Positions 38,653 to 49,330 are shown, numbered from the stretch's first letter. The stretch is 64,000 nucleotides of DNA from Lachnospiraceae bacterium (GCA_029338875.1 JAQYBF010000051.1:15292-79291), one strand, 5' to 3'. Notes: generated by a model from the sequence alone, not told the origin. Numbers and translations: made by a program.

Positions 38653-40563
38653 ATGAAAGACGGTTGGATTAGAAGTGCAGCATGCACAGTAAATGTCACG
38701 GTCGCCGACCCCATAGCGAATGGGGAAGCCATCCGGGAAATGATGCGGCAGACCTCGGAAGATGGCTGCCGGGTGGTCGTATTCCCCGAGCTTTCGATCA
38801 CAGCCTATACCTGCGGGGATCTCTTTTTCCAGGAGCCGCTCCTTCGAAGCGCTGAGGAGGAACTCTCTCTGATTGTCCAGGAATCCGAAGATCTGCCCGG
38901 CATCTTCTTTGTCGGTTTTCCTTTCTCCTGGAAGGGGAAGCTCTATAACACGGCAGCAGCCGTATCGGGCGGTCAGATCCTGGGCCTGGTGCCCAAGCGC
39001 TTCCTTCCCAATTACCATGAATTCTATGAGAGACGGCAGTTTACACCGGGACCCGAGGAGGTGACCACGGTCCGCCTGCTCGGGAAGGACGTGCCCTTCG
39101 GAAGCAAACTTCTCTTCCATTGCGAGGAGATGCCGACATTGACCATAGCAGCAGAGATCTGCGAGGACCTCTGGGTTCCGGATCCGCCCAGCACCAGCCA
39201 CTGCCTGCACGGGGCAACCCTGATCGTCAACCTGTCCGCCTCCAATGAGCTGACCGGAAAGAGCGACTACCGGAGAAGCCTGATCGAGAACCAGTCCGCC
39301 CGCCTCTACTGCGGCTATGTCTATGCGGCAGCAGGCCCCGGCGAATCGACCGGTGACCTGGTCTTCTCCGGAGACAGCATGATTGCGGATGCCGGCCGTC
39401 TGAAGGCGGAAAATACTCTCTACCGCGAGGGCTATATTTCATCGGAAATCGACCTCTACGCCCTGCAGTCCTACCGCCAGGAGATGACAACTTTTGCCGT
39501 CAGCCCGGACGACGACGGCTATGTGACGATTCCCTTCCATCTGCCGGTCGAGGAGACGGCCCTTTCGGGAAAGGTAGACCCGGCGCCCTTCGTCCCTTCC
39601 GATGCCGGAAAACGTGCTCAGCGCTGTCAGGAAATCCTTGCCATTCAGGCCATGGGTCTTCGAAAGCGTCTGGCCCATACCCACGCAAAGGCGGCTGTAA
39701 TCGGAATTTCAGGCGGCCTGGACTCGACCCTGGCTCTGCTTGTAACGGTCAAGGCCTTTGACCTCTTAGGTCTGCCCAGAAAGGGCATCAAGGCTGTGAC
39801 CATGCCGGGCTTTGGAACGACCGACCGGACCTATACCAATGCCGTGGATCTGATCCGGATTCTGGGAGCGGATTTCATCGAGGTCCCGATCGGACCGAGT
39901 GTACTTCAGCACTTCAAGGACATCGGCCAGGACCCGGAAAACCATGATGTGACCTATGAGAACGGCCAGGCCCGGGAACGGACCCAGATCCTTATGGACA
40001 TCGCCAACAAGGAGAACGGACTGGTCATCGGAACCGGCGATCTGTCCGAGCTGGCTCTGGGCTGGGCCACCTATAACGGAGACCATATGTCCATGTACGG
40101 CGTCAATGCCTCGGTACCCAAGACCCTGGTCCGCTTCCTGGTACGCCATGTGGCAGAGGAATCGGAGGAAGACCTGAAGAAGGTTCTCTTCGATGTCCTG
40201 GATACGCCGGTCAGTCCGGAGCTTCTTCCGCCAAAGGACGGCGAGATCGCCCAGAAGACCGAGGACATCGTCGGCCCCTACGAGCTTCACGATTTCTTCC
40301 TCTATTATGTGATGCGGTTTGGATTTTCACCCCGGAAGATCCTTCGTCTGGCGGAAAATGCCTTTGAAGGAACCTATGACCGGGAGACGATTCTCAAATG
40401 GATGCGGAATTTCTACTGGAGATTCTTTGCCCAGCAGTTTAAGAGATCCTGTCTGCCGGACGGCCCCAAGGTCGGAAGCGTTGCCCTGTCGCCCCGCGGC
40501 GACTGGCGGATGCCGAGCGATGCGGTCAGCCGGATCTGGATTGAGGAAGTGAAGGCGCTGTAA
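38653..40563 (+). CDS. nadE: Glutamine-dependent NAD(+) synthetase
   Basis: Nitrilase domain (FPEL, PK, EICEDLW) fused to SGGLDST, ENGQARER, GTGDLSE and QQFKRS. Confidence 0.97.
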   Translation: MKDGWIRSAACTVNVTVADPIANGEAIREMMRQTSEDGCRVVVFPELSITAYTCGDLFFQEPLLRSAEEELSLIVQESEDLPGIFFVGFPFSWKGKLYNTAAAVSGGQILGLVPKRFLPNYHEFYERRQFTPGPEEVTTVRLLGKDVPFGSKLLFHCEEMPTLTIAAEICEDLWVPDPPSTSHCLHGATLIVNLSASNELTGKSDYRRSLIENQSARLYCGYVYAAAGPGESTGDLVFSGDSMIADAGRLKAENTLYREGYISSEIDLYALQSYRQEMTTFAVSPDDDGYVTIPFHLPVEETALSGKVDPAPFVPSDAGKRAQRCQEILAIQAMGLRKRLAHTHAKAAVIGISGGLDSTLALLVTVKAFDLLGLPRKGIKAVTMPGFGTTDRTYTNAVDLIRILGADFIEVPIGPSVLQHFKDIGQDPENHDVTYENGQARERTQILMDIANKENGLVIGTGDLSELALGWATYNGDHMSMYGVNASVPKTLVRFLVRHVAEESEEDLKKVLFDVLDTPVSPELLPPKDGEIAQKTEDIVGPYELHDFFLYYVMRFGFSPRKILRLAENAFEGTYDRETILKWMRNFYWRFFAQQFKRSCLPDGPKVGSVALSPRGDWRMPSDAVSRIWIEEVKAL

Positions 40564-40578
40564 GCTTGCCGAACAGAT

Positions 40579-40626
40579 AAAAAGGCTTCCCGGCCCTAGT
40601 GATGACGATCGGGAAGCCTTATATTT
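40579..40626. terminator. Bidirectional terminator between nadE and the PAP2 gene
   Basis: AAAAAGGCTTCCCG ... CGGGAAGCCTT-ATATTT. Confidence 0.6.
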
Positions 40627-40657
40627 ATCTGAAGATGAATCTGCAGAGAATGGAATA

Positions 40658-41401
40658 TTACTGTCCGAACCAGTCGAGATCGTAGTCGGCTGCGTAGTGC
40701 CTCCTGTCGAAGACCTTGCTGAAGAAGGACCGTAGCGGCCGGGACAGGGGACCGTAGACGAAAGGATAGAGAGCAAGCTGAAGTCCGATGCCGAAGATGA
40801 CGTCAATGATCGAGTGCTGCTTCAGAAAAACGGTGGACAGAATGATTAAGACCATGATACACCAGCAGCTGACTCTGAGCTTGGGACGCTTTCTTATGGC
40901 ATGCAGCTTGTTTAAGGCCACGGTAACGCCGATGGAGTTGAAGACATGGATGCTGGGGAGCACATTGGTCGGCGTGTCGGTCCGGTAGAGGCCCTCTACC
41001 ATATGGCAGAAGATATTGTCCCGCGGCATGACTTCGGGTCTTAAATCCAGACCGTTGGGCCAGAAATAGGAGACAATCAGAAAGAGGGTCATACCGAAGG
41101 ACATATCAAAGGCCAGAAGGTAGAAATCCTGCCCCCGTTTCTGAAAGATCGTGAAGACAATTCCGATGAAGGAATAAACAAACCAGAAATAATAGGGAAT
41201 GATAAAGTATTCGCAGAAGGGAATCTTATAATCAATGGGCAGGGTATGAATATGATAGGCTACCTTCCGCCGCTCCAGGAGTTCGAAGCAGATCATATAA
41301 AAGGTTAAATAGAAAAAAATCAGCAGAAATCTTCTACCGTTGATGTGCATGAAATGAATAACTTTTCTTCTGAGACTCATAATTTCGGACTTTCCATTCA
41401 A
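40658..41401 (-). CDS. PAP2-family membrane phosphatase/phosphoesterase
   Basis: Motifs LRP, NVLPSIHV and STVFLKQHSIID; multiple TM helices. Confidence 0.85.
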   Translation of the reverse strand: MNGKSEIMSLRRKVIHFMHINGRRFLLIFFYLTFYMICFELLERRKVAYHIHTLPIDYKIPFCEYFIIPYYFWFVYSFIGIVFTIFQKRGQDFYLLAFDMSFGMTLFLIVSYFWPNGLDLRPEVMPRDNIFCHMVEGLYRTDTPTNVLPSIHVFNSIGVTVALNKLHAIRKRPKLRVSCWCIMVLIILSTVFLKQHSIIDVIFGIGLQLALYPFVYGPLSRPLRSFFSKVFDRRHYAADYDLDWFGQ

Positions 41402-41624
41402 TGCTCCAGCTAATAAAAATTATACGGAACAGACTGCGCATTTTCCGCGCGCTTTGTACATTATAGCCAAGAGTGAGATAATTGACAAGATATTGGATTT
41501 TTGGGGCGGATATGGTTTATAATAGTAGTACTGTGCGTGACTGGACTTAGAGATCAGACACGGGCAGTATGAAAAAAAGCAATATTTAATTGTAGTAACT
41601 GAAAATGTTGGAGAGGATTATTTC

Positions 41625-43325
41625 ATGTCGGAAACAAATGAAATGACAGGACAGGAAAAGACCAGAAAGGGCCTCAGTAAAAAGGCCCTGATCATCGGCG
41701 GTATTGTGATCGCTGCGATTCTGGCCGTTTATCTCGGCGTATCTCTGTATTATGAGAATCATTTCTTCTACAAGAGTACAGTGAACGGAATTTCTTCCAG
41801 CAACGCAACTCCGGAAGATGTGATGAAGGCCGTTGCAAAGAAGACAGACGGCTTCACTCTGCAGGTGAAGGAACAGTCCGGCACCGAGACCATCAAGCCG
41901 GATGAAGTCGGCCTGAAGACCGAGGACAACAAGAAGGGCTTCGAGAAGCTCTTAAAGAAGCAGAACGGATTTGCCTGGATCGGAAATCTGGGAAAGTCCA
42001 AGGCTTACGAGAGTAAGGTTCTGATTGCCTATGACAAAGATAAGCTGAACAGCCGTCTGCAGACCTTACAGGATGTTTCCAATCCGAACGTTACGGAGTC
42101 TGAGGATGCAAAGCTTGTCTATCAGGACGGCGCCTATGCCATTCAGCCTGAGGTCTATGGAAACCATGTGGATATGGACAAGCTGACCAAGCTGGCAGGA
42201 GATGCACTGACCAACTTAAGCAGTTCGATCGATCTCGAGAAGAGCCAGTGCTATTATATGCCGACCTTGACCAAGGACGATGAGACCTTAAAGAAGTCCG
42301 AGACCAACCTGAACGAGAAGCTGAAGATGACCTACACCTTCTCCGGAGACGGTGTCAACGAGACCATTCCCAAGGAGACCATGGCCGGCTTTATGTCGAC
42401 CGATGACAAGGGTGAGGTTATCTATAATGACGATGCCATCAGTGCCTTTGTAAAGCAGATGGCCGAGAAGTACAACACCGCAGGAAAGCCTATCACCATC
42501 AAGTCCAGCTGGGGCGGAAATGTCACAGTTCCCGGCGGCTCCTACGGTATCAAGATCGATCAGTCCAAGGAGGTCGCTCAGATCAAGTCCGATCTTGAGG
42601 CCGGCAAGGATGTCACCCGTGACTTCAACTATTCCCAGAAGGCACAGAGAAATCCAACCACCTATATGGAGGTCAACATCACAGCACAGCATGTTTACTA
42701 TATCAAGGACGGACAGCAGGTTCTTTCTTCGGATGTGGTTACCGGTAATGTAAACAAGGGCAGAGGAACCGACCCCGGCGCCTGGTATATCCAGGGCAAG
42801 CAGAAGAATGCGGTTCTCCGCGGCGCCGACTATGCAACACCGGTTGCCTACTGGATGCCTTTCCACAACGGCGAGGGCTTCCATGATGCGACCTGGCAGC
42901 CTTCCTTCGGCGGCACCTATTATCTGATACGCGGTTCTCACGGCTGTGTCAACCTGCCGAAGAGCTTTGCCGCAACCCTTTATGCGACAGTACCCGCCGG
43001 CACACCGGTCTTCGTTTATAACATGCCGGGAACCGAGAACAATGCACCCAATGTCAAGGATGCCGAGAGCCTGAAGCAGGATATCGCAAATCTGGTTGCC
43101 AGCCCCATTACTGCAGCCAGCGAATCCACCATTGCAGCTCTGGAGAAGAGATACAGCAAGATGGCTCCTCAGGGCAAGGCTCTGGTTACCAATTATTCCG
43201 ACCTGCAGAATGCCAGAGCACAGCTGAATGCCATCAAGGCTGGAACCGCAGCACCTGCGACTGACCAGGCAACAGCTGCTACTGATCAGGCGGCAGCCTC
43301 GACCGATCAGGCGGCGGCACAATAA
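41625..43325 (+). CDS. L,D-transpeptidase with peptidoglycan-binding (PG_binding_4) domains
   Basis: N-terminal TM helix, VVTG, YWMPF, GFHDA and SHGCVN (catalytic His/Cys). Confidence 0.9.
   Translation: MSETNEMTGQEKTRKGLSKKALIIGGIVIAAILAVYLGVSLYYENHFFYKSTVNGISSSNATPEDVMKAVAKKTDGFTLQVKEQSGTETIKPDEVGLKTEDNKKGFEKLLKKQNGFAWIGNLGKSKAYESKVLIAYDKDKLNSRLQTLQDVSNPNVTESEDAKLVYQDGAYAIQPEVYGNHVDMDKLTKLAGDALTNLSSSIDLEKSQCYYMPTLTKDDETLKKSETNLNEKLKMTYTFSGDGVNETIPKETMAGFMSTDDKGEVIYNDDAISAFVKQMAEKYNTAGKPITIKSSWGGNVTVPGGSYGIKIDQSKEVAQIKSDLEAGKDVTRDFNYSQKAQRNPTTYMEVNITAQHVYYIKDGQQVLSSDVVTGNVNKGRGTDPGAWYIQGKQKNAVLRGADYATPVAYWMPFHNGEGFHDATWQPSFGGTYYLIRGSHGCVNLPKSFAATLYATVPAGTPVFVYNMPGTENNAPNVKDAESLKQDIANLVASPITAASESTIAALEKRYSKMAPQGKALVTNYSDLQNARAQLNAIKAGTAAPATDQATAATDQAAASTDQAAAQ
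43257..43319 (+). repeat. Three 21-bp in-frame repeats (xTDQAxA) at the L,D-transpeptidase C-terminus
   Basis: GCGACTGACCAGGCAACAGCT / GCTACTGATCAGGCGGCAGCC / TCGACCGATCAGGCGGCGGCA. Confidence 0.75.
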
Positions 43326-43340
43326 TAAAGAGGAGAATAC

Positions 43341-43841
43341 ATGGACTCTCTTGTTACCTTATTTACCAATACGCTGGGACAGCATGTCTCCAAGGAGGTT
43401 GTGGTTTTCATTATCTCCCTTCTTCCCATCCTGGAATGCAGAGGAGGCCTTCTGGCAGCATCCCTTTTGAAGGTGCCCCTGCTTCGGGCCATCCCGATTT
43501 GTGTTATTGGAAATATCATTCCGATTCCTTTTATTCTTCTTTTCATCAAGAAGATCCTCCACTGGCTGAGCCGCTTTAAAATCTTCCGTCCTATGGTTGA
43601 AAAGATTGAGGCCCGGGCGAAAAAGAAGAGCGGATCTGTATCTGGTGCTGAATTCGTGGGACTCATGACCTTTGTCGGTATTCCCCTTCCCGGAACAGGT
43701 GCCTGGACCGGAAGTCTGGTTGCGGCCTTCCTGGAAATGGATGTGAAGAAGGCAGTCATCGCCGAGCTTTTAGGCGTCGCCATTGCAACCGTGATCATGT
43801 CCATCGTAAGTTATGGACTGCTGGGACTGATTCTGCATTGA
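43341..43841 (+). CDS. Small multi-drug export (COG2426) family membrane protein
   Basis: Motifs SLLPILECRGG, GNIIP and FVGIPLPGTGAWTG. Confidence 0.9.
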   Translation: MDSLVTLFTNTLGQHVSKEVVVFIISLLPILECRGGLLAASLLKVPLLRAIPICVIGNIIPIPFILLFIKKILHWLSRFKIFRPMVEKIEARAKKKSGSVSGAEFVGLMTFVGIPLPGTGAWTGSLVAAFLEMDVKKAVIAELLGVAIATVIMSIVSYGLLGLILH

Positions 43842-43920
43842 TCGGAATCTTTTGAAGAAGTTTTCCTCTTATCCAGGGATTCTTTTCTGAAAGAAATGAA
43901 CTGACCGGAAAGGTGGTTTT

Positions 43921-44115
43921 ATGGAAAAGAAAAAGCGTCCGGTTGGGGACTGCACGACCTGTAATTACTACACCTATGATGATGAGGATGAAGCATATTA
44001 CTGCGATCTGAATCTGGATGAGGATGACTATTATCATTTCATGACCCACTCCTATAAGAGCTGTCCCTATTATGTCAACGGGGATGAGTACCGGGTGGTC
44101 CGTCATCAAATGTAA
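43921..44115 (+). CDS. Small Cys-rich conserved protein (DUF6472-like)
   Basis: CxxC-YY-YD, C..NLDEDD and CPYY..GDEY.VVRHQM. Confidence 0.8.
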   Translation: MEKKKRPVGDCTTCNYYTYDDEDEAYYCDLNLDEDDYYHFMTHSYKSCPYYVNGDEYRVVRHQM

Positions 44116-44161
44116 TCATCGCTGCATGAAAGCAGGAAATTCGGATATCATTATGAACATG

Positions 44162-44199
44162 AAAAAAGGCTTTGGGATTTTGTTCCCAAGGCCTTTTTT
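44162..44199. terminator. Bidirectional terminator
   Basis: AAAAAAGGCTTTGGGA-TTTTGT-TCCCAAGGCCTTTTTT. Confidence 0.8.
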
Positions 44200-44204
44200 C
44201 GTCA

Positions 44205-44945
44205 TCAGATATTGATTTCCGCCGCAGTCTTCCGGCTGGCCGTATCATAGAATTCGAAATAATCCGGTCGGTGGCGGGACTGGGTCCATTCGAACATGAT
44301 GCCCCGGGAATTGTAGGTCTGGCTGGTCACAGCAGCGATGAAATCGTAGTCCTTCAGGTCCAGAAGCTGGGTGTCCATCTCGGTAGCACGCTCTGCCGTG
44401 ATCCGCCGCTTACTGGTTGTGATCTGCATATGAAGGTCATTCTCCAGATATTCATAGATGGAGTGGCTGGCAATGTCTTCTGTCAGGCCGGGAGTCTCGG
44501 ATTTTAAGAAGACATTGATATCAAGGATGACCGGTTTCTGATCGATCAGACGGATTCTCTGGATATACCAGACCTCGTCACCGACCTGGAAGCCGGTCCG
44601 GCCGGCCATATGCTCATCCACAGTCAGGTCTGTAAATTGAATCACTTTTGTTTTCGTATGAAGGCGGTTCCTCTTGGCGGATTCTGTAAAACTTTCGATG
44701 CCGCCGACAATAAAGTGGGCCTGTTTGACGGGCTGATAGATGACCTGAACACCCTTTCCGTGAATGGCCTGGACATAGCCCTGTGAAGCTAACAGACTTA
44801 AAGCTCGGCGGATGGTATTCCGCGAGCAGCCGTAGATTTCCTTTAACTGATTTTCCGAAGGCAGAAAAGTGCCGCGTTCATATTTTCCGTCGGTCACCTT
44901 TGATGCAAGATCCTTGTAGATTCCTTCAAACTTACCTGCCGGCAT
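44205..44945 (-). CDS. treR: Trehalose operon repressor (GntR/UTRA)
   Basis: LPSENQL..SRNTIRRAL HTH, GKG, ESFTE and TQSRHRPD; divergent from the PTS and treC genes. Confidence 0.9.
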   Translation of the reverse strand: MPAGKFEGIYKDLASKVTDGKYERGTFLPSENQLKEIYGCSRNTIRRALSLLASQGYVQAIHGKGVQVIYQPVKQAHFIVGGIESFTESAKRNRLHTKTKVIQFTDLTVDEHMAGRTGFQVGDEVWYIQRIRLIDQKPVILDINVFLKSETPGLTEDIASHSIYEYLENDLHMQITTSKRRITAERATEMDTQLLDLKDYDFIAAVTSQTYNSRGIMFEWTQSRHRPDYFEFYDTASRKTAAEINI

Positions 44946-45158
44946 AGATTCGTATTTCCTCCCTGGATTTCTGATTCAGACAGCTGCTGCCGGAAAACGG
45001 CGGAAACTGCCGCTTCAAGTATAGCACAGTTTCTGCCTTTCTAATCGTAAGACCGGACTGTTCATATCTTTTATACAGGTTCAGACCAAAGGGGCAAGGC
45101 TGGCAGATTTAACAAAAATTCCAGAAATTCATTGGTAAATATTCCGGAAGGAATTTCC

Positions 45159-45217
45159 TTGACTTGTTTGAACAAGCAGACCATAATAGAACCATCAAGA
45201 GAACTTGTTCAAACAAG
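45159..45217 (+). promoter_or_regulatory. treP promoter with two palindromic TreR operators
   Basis: TTGACT-17-CATAAT (45159-45187); palindromes CTTGTTTGAACAAG (45163-45176) and CTTGTTCAAACAAG (45204-45217). Confidence 0.8.
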
Positions 45218-45247
45218 AACAAAGCAGTTTAAAAAAAGGAGTATATT

Positions 45248-47242
45248 ATGGGGAAGTATTCGAAGGATGCCGAACAGCTCTTACAGCTTATCGGCGGAAA
45301 GAAGAATATCGGTGCCGTATCGCACTGCATGACCAGAATGCGATTCGTGCTGAATGATCCGAAGAAGGCCGATGTCAAAGCCATCGAGAAGATGAGCGTG
45401 GTCAAGGGAACCTTTACCCAGGCCGGTCAGTTCCAGGTCATCATCGGAAATACCGTAACGGATTTCTACAATGATTTCATCAAGGTGGCCGGTGTCGAAG
45501 GCGTTTCCAAGGACCAGGTCAAGAGTGCGGCAAAGCAGAACCAGAACGTTCTGCAGAGAATCATGTCTGCACTGGCAGAAATCTTCGCTCCCCTGATTCC
45601 GGCCATCATCGTCGGCGGTTTGATTTTAGGCTTCCGGAATGTCATCGACTCCATGCAGATCTTCAACGGAGCCACTCTGGTAAGCCAGAGCGTCTTCTGG
45701 GCAGGCGTTGACAAGTTCCTCTGGCTGATCGGCGAAGCCATTTTCCATACCGGAATTCCGGTCGGCATCTGCTGGTCCGTTCAGAAGAAGATGGGCGGAA
45801 CCCCCATGCTCGGTATTGTCCTTGGCCTGACCCTGATTTCCGGCCAGCTGGTCAATGCCTACAGCGTAGCCGGTATGGCAGCAGCTGACTGGGCTCCGGA
45901 TTATGTCTGGAACTTCGGCTTCACCCAGGTCCGGATGATCGGCTATCAGGCCCAGGTTCTTCCGGCCATCATGGCAGCCTTCTGTCTGGCCTATCTGGAA
46001 CGCTTCTTTAGAAAGATCACCCCGGCTGTCGTCTCGATGATCGTCGTTCCTTTCTGTTCCTTAACCCTTTCCGTTATGGCTGCTCACTTCGTTCTCGGAC
46101 CCATTGGCTGGAAAATCGGCAATGTCATCGCAGCAGTTGTACAGGCAGGTATCTCCGGATCCTTCCGAGTTCTTTTCGGTGCCATCTTTGGTTTTGTTTA
46201 TGCACCGCTGGTTATCACAGGCCTTCATCACATGTCCAATGCCGTCGATCTGCAGCTCATCGCAGCAAACGAGGGAACCTCTCATCCCGGCACCATGCTC
46301 TGGCCTATGATCGCACTTTCCAATATCGCTCAGGGTTCTGCCGTTCTCGGCATGGCTCTTCTTCAGAAAAAGGATGCCAAGGCTCAGGAAGTCAACATTC
46401 CTTCCCTGATTTCCTGCTACCTCGGTGTTACAGAGCCGGCTATGTTCGGTGTTAACTTAAAGTACGGTTTTCCTTTCATCTGCGGCATGATCGGATCTTC
46501 CCTGTCAGCCATCGTCTGCACAGCATCCTCCGTATCTGCAACAGCAATCGGTGTCGGCGGTCTTCCCGGAATTCTTTCCATCGTTCCGAAGTTTATGGGC
46601 CGTTTCGCCATCTGCATGGCCATCGCTTTCTTTGTTCCGATCATCCTGGTTTACATTGTTGGTAAGAAGAAGGGTATCGATAAGGAAGCTGAGAAGGCCG
46701 GCCTTGAGTTTGAGGCTGAGGCTGCAGTAAATGCAGACCAGGCAGAAGCAGTTACTGCTGATGCTTCTGAAACAGAGACCATCGCTGAAGCTTCTGACTT
46801 AAAGGCTCCGGTTGACGGACAGGTGATTTCTCTGGCAGACATCAATGACGGTGTATTTTCCAGCGGCGCCATGGGCGACGGAATCGGCATTGTGCCGACC
46901 AGTGAGACGGTCTATGCACCGGCTCCTGCCAAGGTAACCGCATTGATCGAAGATTCCAGGCATGCCCTTGGTCTGACTCTGGCAAACGGAATCGAAGTTT
47001 TGATTCATGTCGGCATTGATACCGTAGCCATGCAGGGCCAAGGCTTCAAGTATCTGGTCAAGGACGGCGATGTTGTCGCAGCCGGCGCACCCTTAATGAC
47101 CTTCAGTAAGGAAGCCATTAAGAAGGCCGGGCATCCGGATATCGTGGTTATGCTGGTCACTGAGTCGAACGGCATTGAGACAATCAAGATGCACAGCGGC
47201 TTTGCCGCAAAGGCAGGCCAGACCGTTGTAACGGATTGGTAA
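45248..47242 (+). CDS. treP: PTS system trehalose-specific EIIBCA
   Basis: HCMTRMRF (EIIB Cys), ITGLHH, GVTEPAMFG and EIIA GDG..IHVGIDTV; lies between treR and treC. Confidence 0.93.
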   Translation: MGKYSKDAEQLLQLIGGKKNIGAVSHCMTRMRFVLNDPKKADVKAIEKMSVVKGTFTQAGQFQVIIGNTVTDFYNDFIKVAGVEGVSKDQVKSAAKQNQNVLQRIMSALAEIFAPLIPAIIVGGLILGFRNVIDSMQIFNGATLVSQSVFWAGVDKFLWLIGEAIFHTGIPVGICWSVQKKMGGTPMLGIVLGLTLISGQLVNAYSVAGMAAADWAPDYVWNFGFTQVRMIGYQAQVLPAIMAAFCLAYLERFFRKITPAVVSMIVVPFCSLTLSVMAAHFVLGPIGWKIGNVIAAVVQAGISGSFRVLFGAIFGFVYAPLVITGLHHMSNAVDLQLIAANEGTSHPGTMLWPMIALSNIAQGSAVLGMALLQKKDAKAQEVNIPSLISCYLGVTEPAMFGVNLKYGFPFICGMIGSSLSAIVCTASSVSATAIGVGGLPGILSIVPKFMGRFAICMAIAFFVPIILVYIVGKKKGIDKEAEKAGLEFEAEAAVNADQAEAVTADASETETIAEASDLKAPVDGQVISLADINDGVFSSGAMGDGIGIVPTSETVYAPAPAKVTALIEDSRHALGLTLANGIEVLIHVGIDTVAMQGQGFKYLVKDGDVVAAGAPLMTFSKEAIKKAGHPDIVVMLVTESNGIETIKMHSGFAAKAGQTVVTDW

Positions 47243-47392
47243 GGTAAGAATTTCAGCGGGTCTGGCGGGGCAAATAACGTTCTGCCGGACCTGTTTTCGA
47301 TTAGGTGTTTTCGAGTTTGATTGGAAAGAAATGAACTTTCCGAGGCTGCTCTGAAATGAGTAGATCGGCAGTTGAATTCCGGAGGTAAATGG

Positions 47393-49099
47393 ATGAATTT
47401 TCATGATAAGACAGTCTATCAGATCTATCCCAAGAGCTTCTACGACAGCAATGGCGACGGCATCGGAGATCTGAAGGGAATCACATCGAAGCTTGATTAT
47501 CTGAAGGGCCTGGGCATTGACTATATCTGGAGCACGCCCTTCTTCAAGTCCCCTCAGAGGGACAACGGCTACGATGTGGCTGATTATTATTCCATCGAGC
47601 CCATGTTCGGCACTATGGAGGATGCAGAGGAGCTGATCCGGGAAGCGGACAAACGTGGCATCGGCATCATGCTGGATATGGTTTTCAATCATACCTCCAC
47701 CGCTCATGAATGGTTTCAGAAGGCACTGCAGGGCGACGAAAAATATATGAACTATTATATTTTCCGTGACGGAGACCCCGATACGCCTCCGACCAACTGG
47801 GAGTCCAAGTTCGGCGGCAATGCCTGGGAATATGTACCGCATCTGAAGAAATGGTATCTCCATCTCTTTGATGTGACCCAGGCTGATCTGAACTGGGAGA
47901 ATCCGGAAGTCCGTGAGGAGCTGAAGAATGTCATCCGTTTCTGGAAGAAGAAGGGGGTCAAGGGCTTTCGCTTCGACGTGGTCAATCTGATCTCCAAGCC
48001 GGAAACCTTCGAAAATGATGATCAGGGAGACGGCCGGAGATTCTACACCGATGGCCGCCATGTCCATGAATTTCTCCATGAGCTGGTTCATGATACCGGG
48101 ATCGCAGACATGATTACCGTCGGCGAAATGTCTTCGACGACTCTGGAGAACTGCATCCGCTATTCTAATCCCAGGGATGAGGAACTGTCCATGACCTTCA
48201 GCTTCCATCATCTGAAGATCGACTATAAGAACGGTAACAAGTGGGAGCTCATGAAGCCGGATTTCCACCGTCTGAAGGAGCTTTTCCAGACCTGGCAGGA
48301 GGGCATGCAGGCTGGAAACGGCTGGAATGCGGTCTTCTGGGAAAATCACGACCAGCCCCGGATTGTCTCCCGTCTCGGCGATGAGGGGAAGTACTGGAAG
48401 GAATCTGCGAAGATGCTTGGTGCGGCCATTCACCTCATGCGGGGCACGCCCTATATTTATCAGGGTGAGGAGCTGGGCATGACCAATGCGCATTTTGACC
48501 GCATTGAGGATTACCGGGATGTGGAGTCGACAAATTACTACCAGATTCTCCTGGATCAGGGGAAGTCAGAGGATGAGGCGATCCATATCATTGAGGAGCG
48601 GTCCCGGGACAATGGCAGAACGCCCATGCAGTGGACCGATGGCGAGCATGCCGGCTTTATGCCGGAGGGCAGCACGGCTTCGCCCTGGCTTCAGATTCCG
48701 TCGGTGAAGCCGGAGGCCAATGCCAGGGCCGAGGTCAAGGATCCGGATTCGATCTACAGCTTCTATCATTATCTGGTTCTCATCAGAAAGGCTTATCCTC
48801 TGATTTCGGAGGGCCTGATCCGTTTCTTTGATCCGGAGGATGACCGGGTGTTGGCCTATGAGCGTTATTTTGATTCGGATGATAAAAGGAAGCAGTCACT
48901 TCTCGTCTTCTGCAACCTGACCGGAGAAGATATTCATGCAGAGATTCCGAGAGGAAAGGATGCGGATCTGATGACTTCCAAGGCAGGCGGAACCTGTCAG
49001 GTCCTGGTCAATAACTACGGATGTTCGGATCTTTCGGCTGCAGGGGACAGGAAAATTACCCTTCGGCCTTATGAAGTTTATGCACTTTTTCTGAAGTAA
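47393..49099 (+). CDS. treC: Alpha,alpha-phosphotrehalase (GH13)
   Basis: Motifs YQIYPKSF, DMVFNHTS, QADLNW, GFRFDVVNLISK, VGEM, ENHDQPR and SRDNGRTPMQW. Confidence 0.92.
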   Translation: MNFHDKTVYQIYPKSFYDSNGDGIGDLKGITSKLDYLKGLGIDYIWSTPFFKSPQRDNGYDVADYYSIEPMFGTMEDAEELIREADKRGIGIMLDMVFNHTSTAHEWFQKALQGDEKYMNYYIFRDGDPDTPPTNWESKFGGNAWEYVPHLKKWYLHLFDVTQADLNWENPEVREELKNVIRFWKKKGVKGFRFDVVNLISKPETFENDDQGDGRRFYTDGRHVHEFLHELVHDTGIADMITVGEMSSTTLENCIRYSNPRDEELSMTFSFHHLKIDYKNGNKWELMKPDFHRLKELFQTWQEGMQAGNGWNAVFWENHDQPRIVSRLGDEGKYWKESAKMLGAAIHLMRGTPYIYQGEELGMTNAHFDRIEDYRDVESTNYYQILLDQGKSEDEAIHIIEERSRDNGRTPMQWTDGEHAGFMPEGSTASPWLQIPSVKPEANARAEVKDPDSIYSFYHYLVLIRKAYPLISEGLIRFFDPEDDRVLAYERYFDSDDKRKQSLLVFCNLTGEDIHAEIPRGKDADLMTSKAGGTCQVLVNNYGCSDLSAAGDRKITLRPYEVYALFLK

Positions 49100-49156
49100 A
49101 CTGCTTCTTTTCTCTTTCTTTTTCGAACGGCACCTGCAGAGCATACGGCAATTTCG

Positions 49157-49195
49157 AAACACGTTGGATGGACAAAAGCCTTCCGGCGTGTTTTT
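49157..49195 (+). terminator. Terminator after treC
   Basis: AAACACGTTGGA ... TCCGGCGTGTTTTT. Confidence 0.6.
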
Positions 49196-49330
49196 GATGT
49201 CAGGGCAAAACGGATGTAAGGCCTCCGGCGGATTCGAGGGGCGGATATTTTTTAACGGGGCTGGAGAAAATAAGTTATACTTAAGGAAATAGCTTGTTTG
49301 GATTGGAAAAACACTTTCTGGAGGTAGGAT

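Noticed and set aside
41529-41570. GCGTGACTGG hairpin resembling the start of a ZTP (pfl) riboswitch
   Set aside because: Lacks the remaining conserved elements and precedes a cell-wall gene; probably a simple 5' UTR stem.
47093-48493. 466-aa antisense ORF over treP/treC, and similar shadows over recJ, the L,D-transpeptidase, pyrF and the DltA-like gene
   Set aside because: Same antisense-frame artefact; the plus-strand genes are clearly real.
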